64,000 nt of DNA from Carpediemonas membranifera BICM (GCA_019828565.1 JAHDYR010000038.1:760735-824734), one strand, 5' to 3'. Numbered from the stretch's first letter, positions 18,705 to 30,182 are shown. Numbers and translations are program-made. Notes: a model not told the origin generated them from the sequence alone.

Positions 18705-20537
18705 TCACATCTCCCACATCATGATGGCGCCCTCCTCGCCGATCGACACAATGCCCTTCCCATCAGGCCGCAGCAGGGCCCGGTTCACGGCGCCGGAGTG
18801 GCCCTGGCCGATGTGGGTGCAGACGCCAAGGTCATAGTCCCAGACCTTGACGAGGGTGTCGTGACCACCAGAGACGAATGTCTCCCCGTCCGGGGCGATG
18901 TCGAGGGAGTTGAGCGCCCCGCTGATAGAGCCCTCTAGCTCACGGATTATCTCACCGTCAACGGCATCCCACCAGCCGAGCTTACGGTCGCTGCCGGTGG
19001 TGAGAACCTGGCTCTCATCAGGGTGGTAAACTGCACTGTTGAAGCACGTCGGCGCGAGGAAGGACTGGACGCGCTGGTGGGCAGTGAGCGACCAGGTGTT
19101 GCAGGAGCCGTCGGCAGAGGCGGACAGGGCCTCGCTGTCGTCGGCCCTGATGGCGACCTGGTTCACTGCGCTCTTATGGCCCTTCATGGACGCCAGCATC
19201 GACTGGGACATCGACCCGATGCGCCAGACACGGACGTCGCCGTTAGCACCACCCGAGACGATGCGGGTACAATCGTGGGTCGGGGCGAGGGCCGTGACAG
19301 AGTTGTGTGCGTTCTCGATGACGTAGAGCAGCTTGCCGGACTGGGGGCCGAATGCACGGATGCGGCCGTCAGACCAGCCTGAGATGATCGTGTGGCCGTC
19401 AGGGGTGAACTCGACGCAGTTGCACACGACCTTGGGGACCTCGATGCGGAGGAGCTCCTTGCGGGTGGCCGTCTGCCACAGACGGATGCAGCCCTCGCCG
19501 CACGTGGCGAACACGCCGGCGAAGCCCTTGGGGAATGCGATGTTCTTCACGGGGGCGGCGTGCGCGGCCATCGCGATCTTGTTCTCCAGTGTACGGGGGT
19601 GAGCAGTGTAGATGGTGCCGTCCATCGTCCCGACGAGAAGGTCGGGGCTATTGGCGCCCATGGCGATGGATGTGATGCCCGAGCGGAGGGTGGTGAGCTT
19701 GACCACGCGGAGGTTGCCGCGACGGAGGATGCCGAGACGACCGCCTCCAGTGCCAAAGACGATGTCGCCGTCGCTGTTGCGCTCGATGCACGTGATGCCG
19801 CCCGGGAAGACCTTAGGGGGTGCGGACTCGAGGAACAGGAACGTCTCGAGGGAGACCTTGAGGACGTCGCCAGTGTGGGAGGAGATGAAGCAGTGCGTGT
19901 CGTCGGGGTGGATGATGAGGTCGAGGGCGTGGCGCTTGAGCTGGCCGAGGTTGACGGGCTGGTAGACAAGGACGCGGCCGGGCCTATCGAGAGTCCAGAC
20001 ACCGATGCGCTCGACACCGGCCGTGACGATCTTGCAGTTGTCGTTGTTGTAGAAGGAAATGCAGGTAGTGCGGTTGCCAACGAGGGCGTGGCCGGCGAGG
20101 GCCTTCTGGTCGGCGAGGTCGTACACGACCATCTGGTTGTCGTCCTCGTCACCGATGGAGGCGAGGAGCTCCTCATCCGCGCTGAAGGCGAGGCCCTGGA
20201 CACGAGTCTTGTGGATAGTGAAGCGCATCAGCTCCTTGCGGTCGGCGAAGTCCCAGACAATGACCTCGGCAGTGAAGCCCATTTCAGTTTCAGTGCCCGT
20301 GGCAAGATAGCGGCCAGAAGGAGAGAGAATGAGACAAGAGATATCCTGTGTATGGCCGAAGAGGAACTCGTCATCAGTGTTGTCCTTCTTGCCAATGGCA
20401 TCGACGGAACGAATGATGACGGTGGAACCGAGGGGGTAGATCATATGTTCGCCATTGGGGTGTGCAATGAGACCGTGAGGAACCTTGCTGTTGAATCCAA
20501 TGAGAGTTTTAAGCTTCAGGTTTTGAGTTTCCGCCAT
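18705..20537 (-). CDS. CFAP52: Cilia- and flagella-associated protein 52 (WDR16)
   Basis: LIGFN.KVPHGL..HP, YPLGSTVII, ELLRIEVP.VVCN, SGWSDGRIRAFGPQSGKL, DGEIIRELEGS; ATG at 20537. Confidence 0.92.
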   Translation of the reverse strand: MAETQNLKLKTLIGFNSKVPHGLIAHPNGEHMIYPLGSTVIIRSVDAIGKKDNTDDEFLFGHTQDISCLILSPSGRYLATGTETEMGFTAEVIVWDFADRKELMRFTIHKTRVQGLAFSADEELLASIGDEDDNQMVVYDLADQKALAGHALVGNRTTCISFYNNDNCKIVTAGVERIGVWTLDRPGRVLVYQPVNLGQLKRHALDLIIHPDDTHCFISSHTGDVLKVSLETFLFLESAPPKVFPGGITCIERNSDGDIVFGTGGGRLGILRRGNLRVVKLTTLRSGITSIAMGANSPDLLVGTMDGTIYTAHPRTLENKIAMAAHAAPVKNIAFPKGFAGVFATCGEGCIRLWQTATRKELLRIEVPKVVCNCVEFTPDGHTIISGWSDGRIRAFGPQSGKLLYVIENAHNSVTALAPTHDCTRIVSGGANGDVRVWRIGSMSQSMLASMKGHKSAVNQVAIRADDSEALSASADGSCNTWSLTAHQRVQSFLAPTCFNSAVYHPDESQVLTTGSDRKLGWWDAVDGEIIRELEGSISGALNSLDIAPDGETFVSGGHDTLVKVWDYDLGVCTHIGQGHSGAVNRALLRPDGKGIVSIGEEGAIMMWEM

Positions 20538-20903
20538 TGGAGGTGCTGTGAAATTTCTACGAGCGGACTGCTGGAACAATCAATGCGGCCGAGCCCACGC
20601 AGATCCAGGGTGCCAGGGGCCACCTTAGGGCATAGGGTCGGGTGCCAGGCCCGTTATTCGATTTCACATTCTTACCTAAAACTGCACAGGGATCGATTTG
20701 CAGCCGTGGGCGACAGAGGTCGGATGTAACAAGTGAATGCCTACCGTCCGGCATGTATGTATAAATTCACGCCATCCAGCGGCTCCCTTCCCCATCGAGC
20801 AGTGGTCCACTACACGATCCTCTACACTGAGCGGCACTCACCTGACCCCGACCTCCTGGACACACAGGCCGTCCTTTACTGATGTATCAAACTCACGGGC
20901 CGC

Positions 20904-21336
20904 TCACTCCTTGTAGCAGGCAAAGAGCTGGCACGAGATGGTGCACTTTGGCGCATGGTAGTTCGCCGTGATGAAGTTGTCCGTGTCAGTGTTCCAAAGA
21001 CACCGGGACGACACGTCGAAGCCGTACTGCGCATTAGGCCGTGTTTGCGAGATCACGACCTGGACGGCGCACTTGTAGCGGGGGGGAATTTGGTCTGTGT
21101 GAGGGGGAAAATATGAACAAACCCTTCACGCGGTTAATAATAAGTGTTGCTACATCCTGGGACCGATCACTGGCGTCATTGGGGTCATACTCATACGATT
21201 CGAACTGATCTTTGAGAATTCCGTTCACAATCTCCTTGATGGGCGTCGTCTTGAACAGATTCTGCGGCTCGGGGTCAGTACGATATGAATTCTCATAAAT
21301 CGCTTGTGGTTGGTTGCTATCCTTGCCCTTTTGCAT
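20904..21336 (-). CDS. Tctex-1 family dynein light chain (one 28-nt intron, 21095..21122)
   Basis: Spliced product contains YENSY, IPPRYKCAVQVVI, SRCLWNTDTDNF and ends FACYKE*. Confidence 0.88.
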
Positions 21337-21476
21337 TGTAGTCAATCGCGAACGTGATTCTTACATAAACTGCGACATCCTGTCCAAACGCCCAGGTCAG
21401 ACGTATAGACTGTGCATGAACCACATCAACGATAACAATGTGTTTAAACTAATGCTGACAGCGGGCTCGGCACCAC

Positions 21477-21848
21477 TCACCTCACACCGCCCGGCCGACG
21501 CTCCCTAGCCTCCTCCCGCTGCTCGCCAATCTTCGGAGCAGTGCTATGGGTGACGCCGATCTTCTTATCAGCGAGTATAATCCCGTTCAAGTTGTCCACA
21601 GCGAGCACGGCAGACGGGAAGGTGACGTACTCAATGAAGCAATAGCCCTTGCTGTGGCCTGATTCAGTTCTCGCCAGCTCAATGTCCATTATTTCTCCCA
21701 TTTGTGAGAAAACAACCATCAAATCGCCTTCAGTGAGGGCCCTGTTGATGCCACCGACGAACACCCAGTTCGATTGGCGGTGTTTGTAGTGATACGAGAC
21801 TTCTAACGAAGCTGTCAGATCAGGATACTCCTCGTCATAACGAGGCAT
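21477..21848 (-). CDS. RBMX2: RRM splicing factor, RBMX2/IST3/Snu17-like
   Basis: VFVGGI...LTEGDL..VFSQ.GEI, G.SKGYCF.EY, SAVLAVDNLNG. Confidence 0.85.
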   Translation of the reverse strand: MPRYDEEYPDLTASLEVSYHYKHRQSNWVFVGGINRALTEGDLMVVFSQMGEIMDIELARTESGHSKGYCFIEYVTFPSAVLAVDNLNGIILADKKIGVTHSTAPKIGEQREEARERRPGGVR

Positions 21849-21946
21849 TCTTTTTGTATCTGTAGAGTGCTCCTACGCCGGGATTGAAGACGATCGGTCT
21901 TGACATAAACTGCACCAACTCGCAACGCATTCGAGGCGCTAGCATC

Positions 21947-23159
21947 ATGGAGAGCACCGCAATTGCAGCTAAGATTGCTGAGATTGAAGCCGAAATGGCT
22001 AAGACTCAGAAGAACAAGGCCACAGGTTCGTACCTATTCTTTCTCGCGCTGCAGGGCATTTCTCTTGTCCATACCGGTCCCTGGAAGGCTGCAGAAAGAT
22101 TATTGCTATTGCATTGCTTACACAGAAGGTCACCTTGGTCTTCTCAAGGCCAAGCTCGCTAAGCTCCGCCGCGAGCTCATTGACGCCACGACAAAGAAGT
22201 CGGGCCCAGCAGGCGATGGTTTCGATGTGACCAAGGCCGGTGACGCCCGTGTCGGGCTGATAGGCTTCCCCAGTGTCGGCAAGTCGACTCTCCTGTCGAC
22301 TCTGACAGAGACGGAGTCGGAGGCCGCGGACTACGAGTTCACCACACTGACGGCGATCCCCGGCACCCTGGTCTACAACGGGGCCCGTATTCAGATCCTC
22401 GATCTGCCCGGTATCATCGAGGGTGCCAAGGACGGCAAGGGCCGAGGCCGCCAGGTTATCGGTACCGCCCGTACTTGTGACGTCATCCTCATCGTCCTGG
22501 ACGCCGCCAAGCCTCTGCCCATGAAGAAGAAGATCGAGCATGAGCTGGAGGGCTTCGGGATCCGGCTGAACAAGAGGCCTCCGAACATCGTCGTGACGAA
22601 GAAAGACAAGGGCGGGGTCGGCTACACCGCGACCTGCGACCAGACCTTCATCAACACCGACGTTGTCAAGAGCGTCTGCCGCGAGCTGAAGGTGAACAAC
22701 GTCGACATCGTGGCCCGTGAGGACTGCACCGTCGACCAGCTCATTGACGCCATCGAGGGCAACAGAGCATACATCCCGGCTGTCTATGCGTTGAACAAGA
22801 TCGACCAGATCACGATCGAGGAGCTCGACCTCATGGACGAGCTCCCCTCCTGGGTCCCCATCTGCGCGTCCCATCGATGGAACCTGGACGAGCTCCTGGA
22901 GCTCATATGGAAGAAGCTGGACATGACCCGGTGTTACACCAAGCCACACGGTAAGGCGCCCGACTACGAAGACCCTGTGATCCTCAAGCACGGCAAGAGG
23001 ACGATCGAGGACTTCTGCGACCATATTCACAAGGCCATGGCGTCTGAGCTGAAGTACGCGCTCGTGTGGGGCGCCAGCGCGAAGCACCAGCCTCAGCGCG
23101 TCGGGAAAGAGCATATTCTTGCGGATGAGGATATCGTGCAGATTGTTAAACGGTCATAA
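21947..23159 (+). CDS. DRG1: Developmentally regulated GTP-binding protein 1 (100-nt intron 22026..22125)
   Basis: Splicing restores [36 protein letters not shown]. Also [28 protein letters not shown] and a TGS domain. Confidence 0.95.
22032..22104 (+). ncRNA. Candidate intronic single-hairpin H/ACA-like RNA
   Basis: TTTCT../..AGAAA lower stem, CAGGG/CCCTG upper stem and an internal loop, followed by AGATTA (ANANNA). Sits in an intron more than 3x the usual length. Confidence 0.3.
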
Positions 23160-23511
23160 GCGTGATTTTACCGCTGGTTTAGGCATTTATCTCACTTGCA
23201 GTGTCTCTACATATATGCAGCCAGATAGGTCTAGCCACGTCTGGGCGATAACTTCATCACACGCAGCAACGTCGCTGCTGGTTGACTGCCATCCGCACTG
23301 GGTAAAGGTAGCCCCATGAGACCGAGCGAGAGTGCAAGGTAGATTTATAGACGATCGCCTAAGCGGTTGTCCGCGGCGTCAGACTGGCCTGGCTGTGTGC
23401 AGGCGAAGCCAAGGCCACTGTTTGCTTTGTAAGCTAAGTGTCAATATTTTAAAGATATGCCAACGACAACGCGACATTCATCCGGGGCGGCACTGCCGTT
23501 TTATGGTCACA

Positions 23512-24776
23512 TCACTCCTCGTTGTACGGCGCGTCGGCGGCGGGGGCGTCATCGTCGAGGAGACCGGCGCCATCCTCATCGCCCGCTGGCCCCTCCTCGG
23601 GAAGCAGCGCCTCCTCGTCCTCGGCCGCGGCCGCCGCTCTCTTCGCCTCCCGCTGGGTGGCCCACCAGGCCTTGATCTTGGTCCAGGCCCAGTTGCCGAG
23701 GGTGTAGGAGCCAAAGCCGACGAGCGTCATGGCGGTGCTGATCAGCTTGAAGATATCCATTTCCTCGCCGAATGCAACGCAGCAGATGAAGATGACGACC
23801 ACACGCCGCACCATGTCGAGCAGCGATTGGTACAGGGCGCTGGCCAGTTGGACCGCGAAGAACTTGAATAGATAGCCGAGCTGCTTCGACAGGGCGACGC
23901 CAATGGCGACAGCGGCGTACTGGATGAGGACCGAGGTCGACTGCTTGGACAGTTTGGGGTACCACTTGAATGTCTCGCCGACGAGGAGGGGAAGGGGCAG
24001 CACGCAGCAGAAGGAGACGATGCCGTTCCAGAAGGCCGTCTCCAGCACCTCGCCGAGCTCCTTCTTCTTCTTGACACCGTGCTTGGGCGTGAACAAGACC
24101 TGGGCAATGACGGCCTGGAAGGCGTCCATGAAGGCAGAGGCGAGCGAGCAGACGAATGCAACCCAGTACATCAGCCTGGACTGGGTCTTGGCGGCGTCAT
24201 GTTTGGCCAGGCCCATGATGATGATGCCCACGGTGATGATGCCGACCGAGAAGACGTTGATGACAGTAATCTTCTTTCCGACAAAGATGCGGGAGAGGAC
24301 GACGTTGAACACGTTGTTGGACGCCTTCAGCACCATGTAGGTCGACCCCGGGAGGGCTGTGAGGCCGATGGAGAGGAGGGTGATGTGAGCAGCGTCGAGA
24401 ACGCCGATGAAAAGATAGCGCTTGACAATGCGGATGGCGTGGGCCTTGATGCTGAAGCTCTTCTGAGTGTAGTATTTCGTCTTAAGACGGTGAATGAGGA
24501 GGAAGAGGCCGTTGATCGGCCACCCGGCCGTCAAAAGGACGGCGGTCAGGAAAACGAAGCCGATATGGAGCTCCTGGATAAGAGAGAGCGGAGGAAACGG
24601 ACCTCGTCGTCATATTTCACGAATATGGTCTGGCTGGCGAAGAATAAGATGAAAAGGAGTGATACAACAGTGATTGCGCCAAGACGAGCGGGAGCGCTAG
24701 TGAGGAAGTCCTCCAAGGAAAGCCCGTGCTCCTTCTTGTCCTGAGTATCTAGGGATTCGTCCTCATGCTGCGACAT
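23512..24776 (-). CDS. DMT-superfamily transporter, purine permease (PUP)-like (29-nt intron 24574..24602)
   Basis: About 10 hydrophobic segments. TAGWPI, LPGSTY.VL.AS...FN, FGEEMD..KL and GF.SY resemble plant purine permeases / nucleotide-sugar transporters. Confidence 0.7.
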
Positions 24777-25095
24777 GATCAGTGACGGGAGATCAAGGGA
24801 TACTCTCGCTTGGAATCGTGAAATTCGCATACGACTTTGCCGAATCACACGATATGATCGTGATCTAGAATCGGGTAAGTCTGGATGAGTTCAGCTCGCA
24901 GGAAGCTGCGTGGGTGGTGGCGTAGAGTAAAATCAGACCATAAAATGGAAGATTCAGCAGTAATCTGTGAAACCGTCCATGTCGTGTTAGTGGTCCATGA
25001 CAGCATCATCAGCGATATATTTCATTGCCATACACAGCCCTAGACAGCACCAGCTCTAATGTGTAGAGACTTTACGACAAAATACAAGAGACGCC

Positions 25096-25728
25096 CTACA
25101 CCGTGTCGCCGGAAGCTGAGATCAGGTAGACCCCGAACAGCAGCACCGGCATGACGACTGTGTAGACCCCGCCCCCCACCACCTGACCGCAGGCCAGGAC
25201 CAGGGCTGCCACCCGACCCCGCTCAGCCCCCTCCAACCGCCATCGGTACCAGAGGATGAGCTCAGCCGCGGCCTCTAGGACCCCTATCCCGCTGAACAGG
25301 GGACCGAGGAAGTACAGCGGCAAGGAGACCAGGTTGGAGAACAGCAGGGAGACGAGGATGCCGACGAGGGGGACGAATACGAGAGACATCGCGGTCATGA
25401 ACACGGAAGTGCCCAGTGTGACCCGTCGCAGGGCCCTGGTGTAGGCGAGGCGGGACGACGTCTGCATCCGGTCGATGGTTCGGAGTGTTGGGGAGCCGCG
25501 GGCACTCTTGTACGTGATGTCGTCGAAATTGGGCGTTGCAAAGCGCGGTGGTGATGGTAGAAGCGATGAGGTGGAGCGAGTTGCTCGTTTAGCTCGCTTG
25601 GCAGGTGATGACTGCTGACTTTCGCCGTATACAGCCCACAGCACCGCTACAGCATGTGATTGGGCCTCAGGATCGATGCTTCCCGAGCTTTGGTACAAAT
25701 CCTCGGCACTGGCACGATCAGGCTTCAT
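25096..25728 (-). CDS. Hypothetical membrane protein
   Basis: 210-aa ATG ORF with 3-4 hydrophobic C-terminal segments. Confidence 0.55.
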   Translation of the reverse strand: MKPDRASAEDLYQSSGSIDPEAQSHAVAVLWAVYGESQQSSPAKRAKRATRSTSSLLPSPPRFATPNFDDITYKSARGSPTLRTIDRMQTSSRLAYTRALRRVTLGTSVFMTAMSLVFVPLVGILVSLLFSNLVSLPLYFLGPLFSGIGVLEAAAELILWYRWRLEGAERGRVAALVLACGQVVGGGVYTVVMPVLLFGVYLISASGDTV

Positions 25729-25824
25729 TTCATCACGCTTACAGCTGCGAAGGCACGTAATCTATCCGAAAATCGCATAATCGACTAAATATTCTCTACA
25801 AGCCTGAATATTTATACCGCTAGC

Positions 25825-28800
25825 TCACCACCGGCCGGGGGTGCTGAAGACGCTACTCTGGAGGCCCCGCAGCGTCTCTACCGTCATGCCGTCCTCGCAC
25901 CGGACGGAGTGCAGCCGCGAGATGACATGGCCAGCCACATCCGCCGTCCGGGCATGGCTCAGGGCGTTCCTAACGCTCCTGTCGGTCGACCCAGCGCACT
26001 CGCCGATGTGCTTGAGCAGGACCGTCGTCGCCTGGGCCAGACGGGAGACCATGGTGTCGGAGTCGATCTCAACGTCCGTGTCGTCGTCGATGGCCAGGAT
26101 GAAACGGTCCGAGGCGGCCAGGGCGTCGTAGCCCTGCACCAGGGCAGTCAGTGGCGCGTTGGGGGCCGCCAGGAAGCCGTTGATCACGGCAAGAGTGGGG
26201 GCTCCCTTGAAGGCCGCGTAGCACTCGAGCTTGGACAGGACGAACGCGATGGGGAGCAGAAGGGGGTCAGACTCTAGGGCCAGGATGATGTCAGCAACCT
26301 GCTCGAGTCCGGCCTGGGCACTCGGCGCCATGAGGCCGTCGGACGAGGACTCCGCGGGGGCGACGACGTGCTGGCGGATGAGCTGGAGCCACAGGGACTC
26401 AGGGACGGCCTCGTCGCCGTTGTACCCGCCCAGCTTGAGCAGTTTAAGGGCGACGTCGTAAATGCGGAGGGGAACTGCTACGGAGTTGTAGAGCTCGTCG
26501 ATGGACACGAGGGACGCGCGGAGGCGGTCGGCGTGCTCGACGCACTCGGCTCTGACCGTGATCCGCATGAGGAGCTCCCGCTGCAGCGTGCCGACAGCCA
26601 GCCTGCCCCGGGCATCCTTGGCGAGGTCGGGGCCGTCGGGGGCGGTGCTCTGGTCCGCGAACTGGACTGCGGTGCCGAGCATCTCGAGACGGTCGTCGAG
26701 CGACCTCTGAGGCAGGGCGAGGCCGTCGATGGAATCGCCACTCTCCGCCAGGACGAGCAGCACGCGGGCGGCGTCGCTGTTACGGCCGACGAACCCGTAG
26801 TATCTCCACAGCATGGCGATGTCCGTGGCCTGCAGGAAGGTCTCGAGGAAGGGCGAGGGGGCGCAGTGGGGCAGGATGGGCGAGCCCTCCTGGATGAACG
26901 TCCGGAACAGACACTGGGCCCAGCTGGCGCCGTACTTCGGGTCGAGGAAGATGGCGAGCATGGCGCGGTGCCGGGGGGATGGGTCGTGGGCCCTGAGGGC
27001 GTCGCACATGGTCTGGACGAGCGTGATCAGCACCCCGATGCTCTCGTTCGGCCGGGTATGCGCCGGGTCCGTGCTCGACGTCGCCGGGGCCAGGGCGAGA
27101 GCGGCCTCGGCACCGGGTTCGGCGGCCAGGCGCTCAAGAGCAAGGCGGGCGGCGGAGTCGGGCGCGTTGCATGCGAGGAGGAGCTCTACGATGTGGTCGA
27201 GCGGGTCGGCTGCCTCGGGGTGGGTGAGCAAGATGCCCACGGCCTGCTGGACGAGGCCGTCAGCCGGCAGGGCCCGGCGTGCCTGGTCGAGGAGGGACGT
27301 CGCCCTGAGGAGCTGCAGCTGCTGGCGGTCGACAATGCTGGGGCACTCGGAAGCGAGGAGCTCGAGCAGGTCGCCCATGGACCGGGCGACGGCGAGGGAG
27401 GAGAGGAGGGCGCGGAGGGCAGCCCGGCCGGTCTCGGTGCCGCACAGGTCGACGAATGAGAGCTGCAGCAGCGCCTGGCGGTGTCCCCGGGAGAGGGGGA
27501 TGGCGCGGCTGGGGGCCTCGAGGTCCAGGTCGGCGAGGCGGAGCAGGAGACGGAGCAGGTCAGCCTGCTGGGAAATGCGGACGGCCTCCTCTTTGAGAGC
27601 GGGGCCCTCGACCGCGGAGCTGACCGACACCTCAGGCAGCAGGCGGCCAGTGATGACGGAGCACAGCCCAGTGAGGGATGCGGCCAGAGGTCTGAGCTGT
27701 GCGCTGGTCCACACGGGGACGATGTGACCCCCACGGTCCTCGAAGGCCACGCGGGACCGGACACCGACGAGTGCTCGTCTCGAGTTGAGTGCGATCACCT
27801 GGTGGGCCGTGGAGAGAGCGGTACCAGCCCGGCCGGCAGTGCTCTGGGGGGCCGACAGCGCGTGCTTGATGAACAGCCGCAGGGCCTCCCTTGCGGTGGT
27901 GTCTGGGACCCGTCCGATGCCGGGGGACCCGATGTCCATGGGGACGGCCAGCTGGAGGGCCATGGCGGCTGTCTCCACAGGGCCCCACAGGGCGACGAAG
28001 GCGTCGCGGGCCCTGACCATGGCGGGGTCGAGGGCCTTGCGGAGGGTGTCAACGGGGCGGTCCTTGTCGATGATGATGACCGCCCGGTGGGTGATGGCAA
28101 CGAACCGGCGGCGGGGCATAACGTGCTGCGTCTCTGTCTCGGCGGCAGGGACGTAGTCGGGCCCGACGTCGTTCCTGGCGGTGAGGGGCACAGCCACGCC
28201 GGGCTGGCCGGCGAGCCTGGCCGAGGGGGGGATCTCGCACAGGGCGAGGACGGCGTCGTCAGCACCGCCCCTGCCCGACTCGGGGCCTGTGGGGATGAGT
28301 CTGAACGCCTCCTTGCCCTCCCCCGCAGACCCGGTGGGGCCGACCGAGGCGGAGATGGCGAGCACGTTCTTGCCGCGGGGCAAGGTCGGGGCGTGGACGG
28401 CGGTGAAGTAGACGCCGCGGGAGTAGAGGGAGAAGGTGTGCTCGGCCGCGGTGTGGTCGGGCATCGGCGGGGCCGGCCGGGCGGTCTGTATCGCGAGCCG
28501 GGCCTTCTCAAAGAGGCCGCTGACCTTGGAGAACATCACCCGGATGCCCTTGTTGGTCGTGGCGACCAGGCGGATATGCCTACTCTCGTCATCCGCGAGC
28601 GTGGCCAGTGACACGAACCTGAGGCCCACTCTGAGCCGCCCCTTGTCGCCAGGCTGCCCCAACCCGACGACATGCGAGAGTTCTGACAACGAGGTCTTGT
28701 GTGACGTGACGTACACCGCCCCGTCGTCTGTGAGCCGCCATATGGAGATGGTGCCGTGCTCGGTCAGGGTGTACAGCAACCCCTCGTTGTCCGCGGCAAC

Positions 28801-29445
28801 GTCCACTAAGGGGTCCCGGTCCCGACGGAGGGCGTAGGGCAGGATAGTCGAGAGGATTGACGAGTTATACGTCGAGACCTTGGGGCGCGGGTTCGAGAAC
28901 ATCAGAAAGTTGCGGGGCGTGTACGTCACCTCGAGCAGGTCGCCCGAGAGGCAGGCCAGGAAGACGCGGTGGTCGTGTGTGAATATCTTAAGCACCGTCT
29001 GGCCGCCGTGGGAGCACTCGAAGGAGGGGTAGGGCCTAAGTGTGAGGGGGGAGTCGGGCGACCGGGCCGAGACGTGCGAGACGCCGATAAAGTGCACCTT
29101 GTCCGCTGTGGCGACGACAAGGACATACTTGTCCTGGAATATGTCGGGGTACGGGTTGAGGAGGGCACAGGAGACGACGATGGACTCGAAATCGTCCTTG
29201 GAGAAAGTGTCGCCAGACTGGTTGCCAAAGGAGAAGAGATGGAGCTGGTTATCCACTGTGAACCATGCGTGCCCGATCTCAGGAAGAATTCCAACAAAGC
29301 TACGGTTTCTAACACGCGCCAGATGCGTCGTAAGATTCATTGGCACTGGTATGGAGGTAACAGAGAACAGAGCCTCGTCATCTTCATAGCCTGTGTTAAT
29401 ATACTGTGTAGTGAGGTACATACTATTCAGAGCGTTGTAAGACAT
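25825..29445 (-). CDS. NUP155: Nucleoporin Nup155/Nup170
   Basis: GILPEIGHAWFTVDNQLHLF, LWRYY...AA.VL..LA, SLDDRLE.L..A, ELYN..A.P. Confidence 0.88.
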   Translation of the reverse strand: MSYNALNSMYLTTQYINTGYEDDEALFSVTSIPVPMNLTTHLARVRNRSFVGILPEIGHAWFTVDNQLHLFSFGNQSGDTFSKDDFESIVVSCALLNPYPDIFQDKYVLVVATADKVHFIGVSHVSARSPDSPLTLRPYPSFECSHGGQTVLKIFTHDHRVFLACLSGDLLEVTYTPRNFLMFSNPRPKVSTYNSSILSTILPYALRRDRDPLVDVAADNEGLLYTLTEHGTISIWRLTDDGAVYVTSHKTSLSELSHVVGLGQPGDKGRLRVGLRFVSLATLADDESRHIRLVATTNKGIRVMFSKVSGLFEKARLAIQTARPAPPMPDHTAAEHTFSLYSRGVYFTAVHAPTLPRGKNVLAISASVGPTGSAGEGKEAFRLIPTGPESGRGGADDAVLALCEIPPSARLAGQPGVAVPLTARNDVGPDYVPAAETETQHVMPRRRFVAITHRAVIIIDKDRPVDTLRKALDPAMVRARDAFVALWGPVETAAMALQLAVPMDIGSPGIGRVPDTTAREALRLFIKHALSAPQSTAGRAGTALSTAHQVIALNSRRALVGVRSRVAFEDRGGHIVPVWTSAQLRPLAASLTGLCSVITGRLLPEVSVSSAVEGPALKEEAVRISQQADLLRLLLRLADLDLEAPSRAIPLSRGHRQALLQLSFVDLCGTETGRAALRALLSSLAVARSMGDLLELLASECPSIVDRQQLQLLRATSLLDQARRALPADGLVQQAVGILLTHPEAADPLDHIVELLLACNAPDSAARLALERLAAEPGAEAALALAPATSSTDPAHTRPNESIGVLITLVQTMCDALRAHDPSPRHRAMLAIFLDPKYGASWAQCLFRTFIQEGSPILPHCAPSPFLETFLQATDIAMLWRYYGFVGRNSDAARVLLVLAESGDSIDGLALPQRSLDDRLEMLGTAVQFADQSTAPDGPDLAKDARGRLAVGTLQRELLMRITVRAECVEHADRLRASLVSIDELYNSVAVPLRIYDVALKLLKLGGYNGDEAVPESLWLQLIRQHVVAPAESSSDGLMAPSAQAGLEQVADIILALESDPLLLPIAFVLSKLECYAAFKGAPTLAVINGFLAAPNAPLTALVQGYDALAASDRFILAIDDDTDVEIDSDTMVSRLAQATTVLLKHIGECAGSTDRSVRNALSHARTADVAGHVISRLHSVRCEDGMTVETLRGLQSSVFSTPGRW

Positions 29446-29797
29446 GCCTTCTTCTTTCCGTGCGTGCCCAACGCTCTGCTGACGACTCCGCGCTCGAGTC
29501 GGGAATTATCCCCCGGCATCCACGGGTGCATGCTGGTGTGGGGTGCAAGTAGCTCCTAGTTCGCCATCCATGAGCATTGCAACTCCCAGCTTTGCGCCAT
29601 TCATTGACCAGTATCAATGAGCGGGCGGGCCGAACAAAAAGGCACGGGCTTGGCGGTATTGGATCAATAGCGATCACTGGCCAAAGCAACTTGCCGGTGC
29701 GATGCCGGATGCACACTCAACTCATCGTAAAAACTGCGGGAGGCGTTTATATCATATGGCATCGCAGCTTAGACAGGCAAAAGGGAACAAAAAGGTC

Positions 29798-30088
29798 TCA
29801 AGAGAGTGACTGCTCTTTGCATGTGTGCTCGGCGTCCAGGAGAGAGAACTTCTCGTCACACTTCCGAAGAGTGCCATCCTTCTCGAGATGGGCCTCAATC
29901 TCAAGGTATTGGAGTCCCTTTTGTACCAACTTCACGAGAAGGCCCACTGGAACTTCTTCGTGGTTGATATTAGCCTCGAATATCCCGGCTTCGTGTGAAA
30001 ATGTGAAACCAGAGTGCGAGAAGCCAGCCTCTTCCAGATATCTATATACAGCATAGTTCAGTTCATCAGCCGTCAATGCAGAGACCAT
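29798..30088 (-). CDS. LisH-domain protein resembling the TBL1/Sif2 N-terminus, no WD40
   Basis: LTADELNYAVYRYLEEAGFSHSGFTF, VPVGLLVKLVQKGLQYLEIE. Confidence 0.75.
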   Translation of the reverse strand: MVSALTADELNYAVYRYLEEAGFSHSGFTFSHEAGIFEANINHEEVPVGLLVKLVQKGLQYLEIEAHLEKDGTLRKCDEKFSLLDAEHTCKEQSLS

Positions 30089-30182
30089 GAGGGCGTATTA
30101 TTCGGCGAGAAACGGCCGTCGCAACTTTGCGCAACTTTTATCGCGAAAAGCTGGCAAGAAAAAATAAACTGCGCCATCGTCT

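Noticed and set aside
20590-20900. Possible snRNA (CTTACCT U1-like motif; GCCCACG/CGTGGGC pairing)
   Set aside because: No convincing U1-70K loop or Sm site; cannot be supported without a covariance search.
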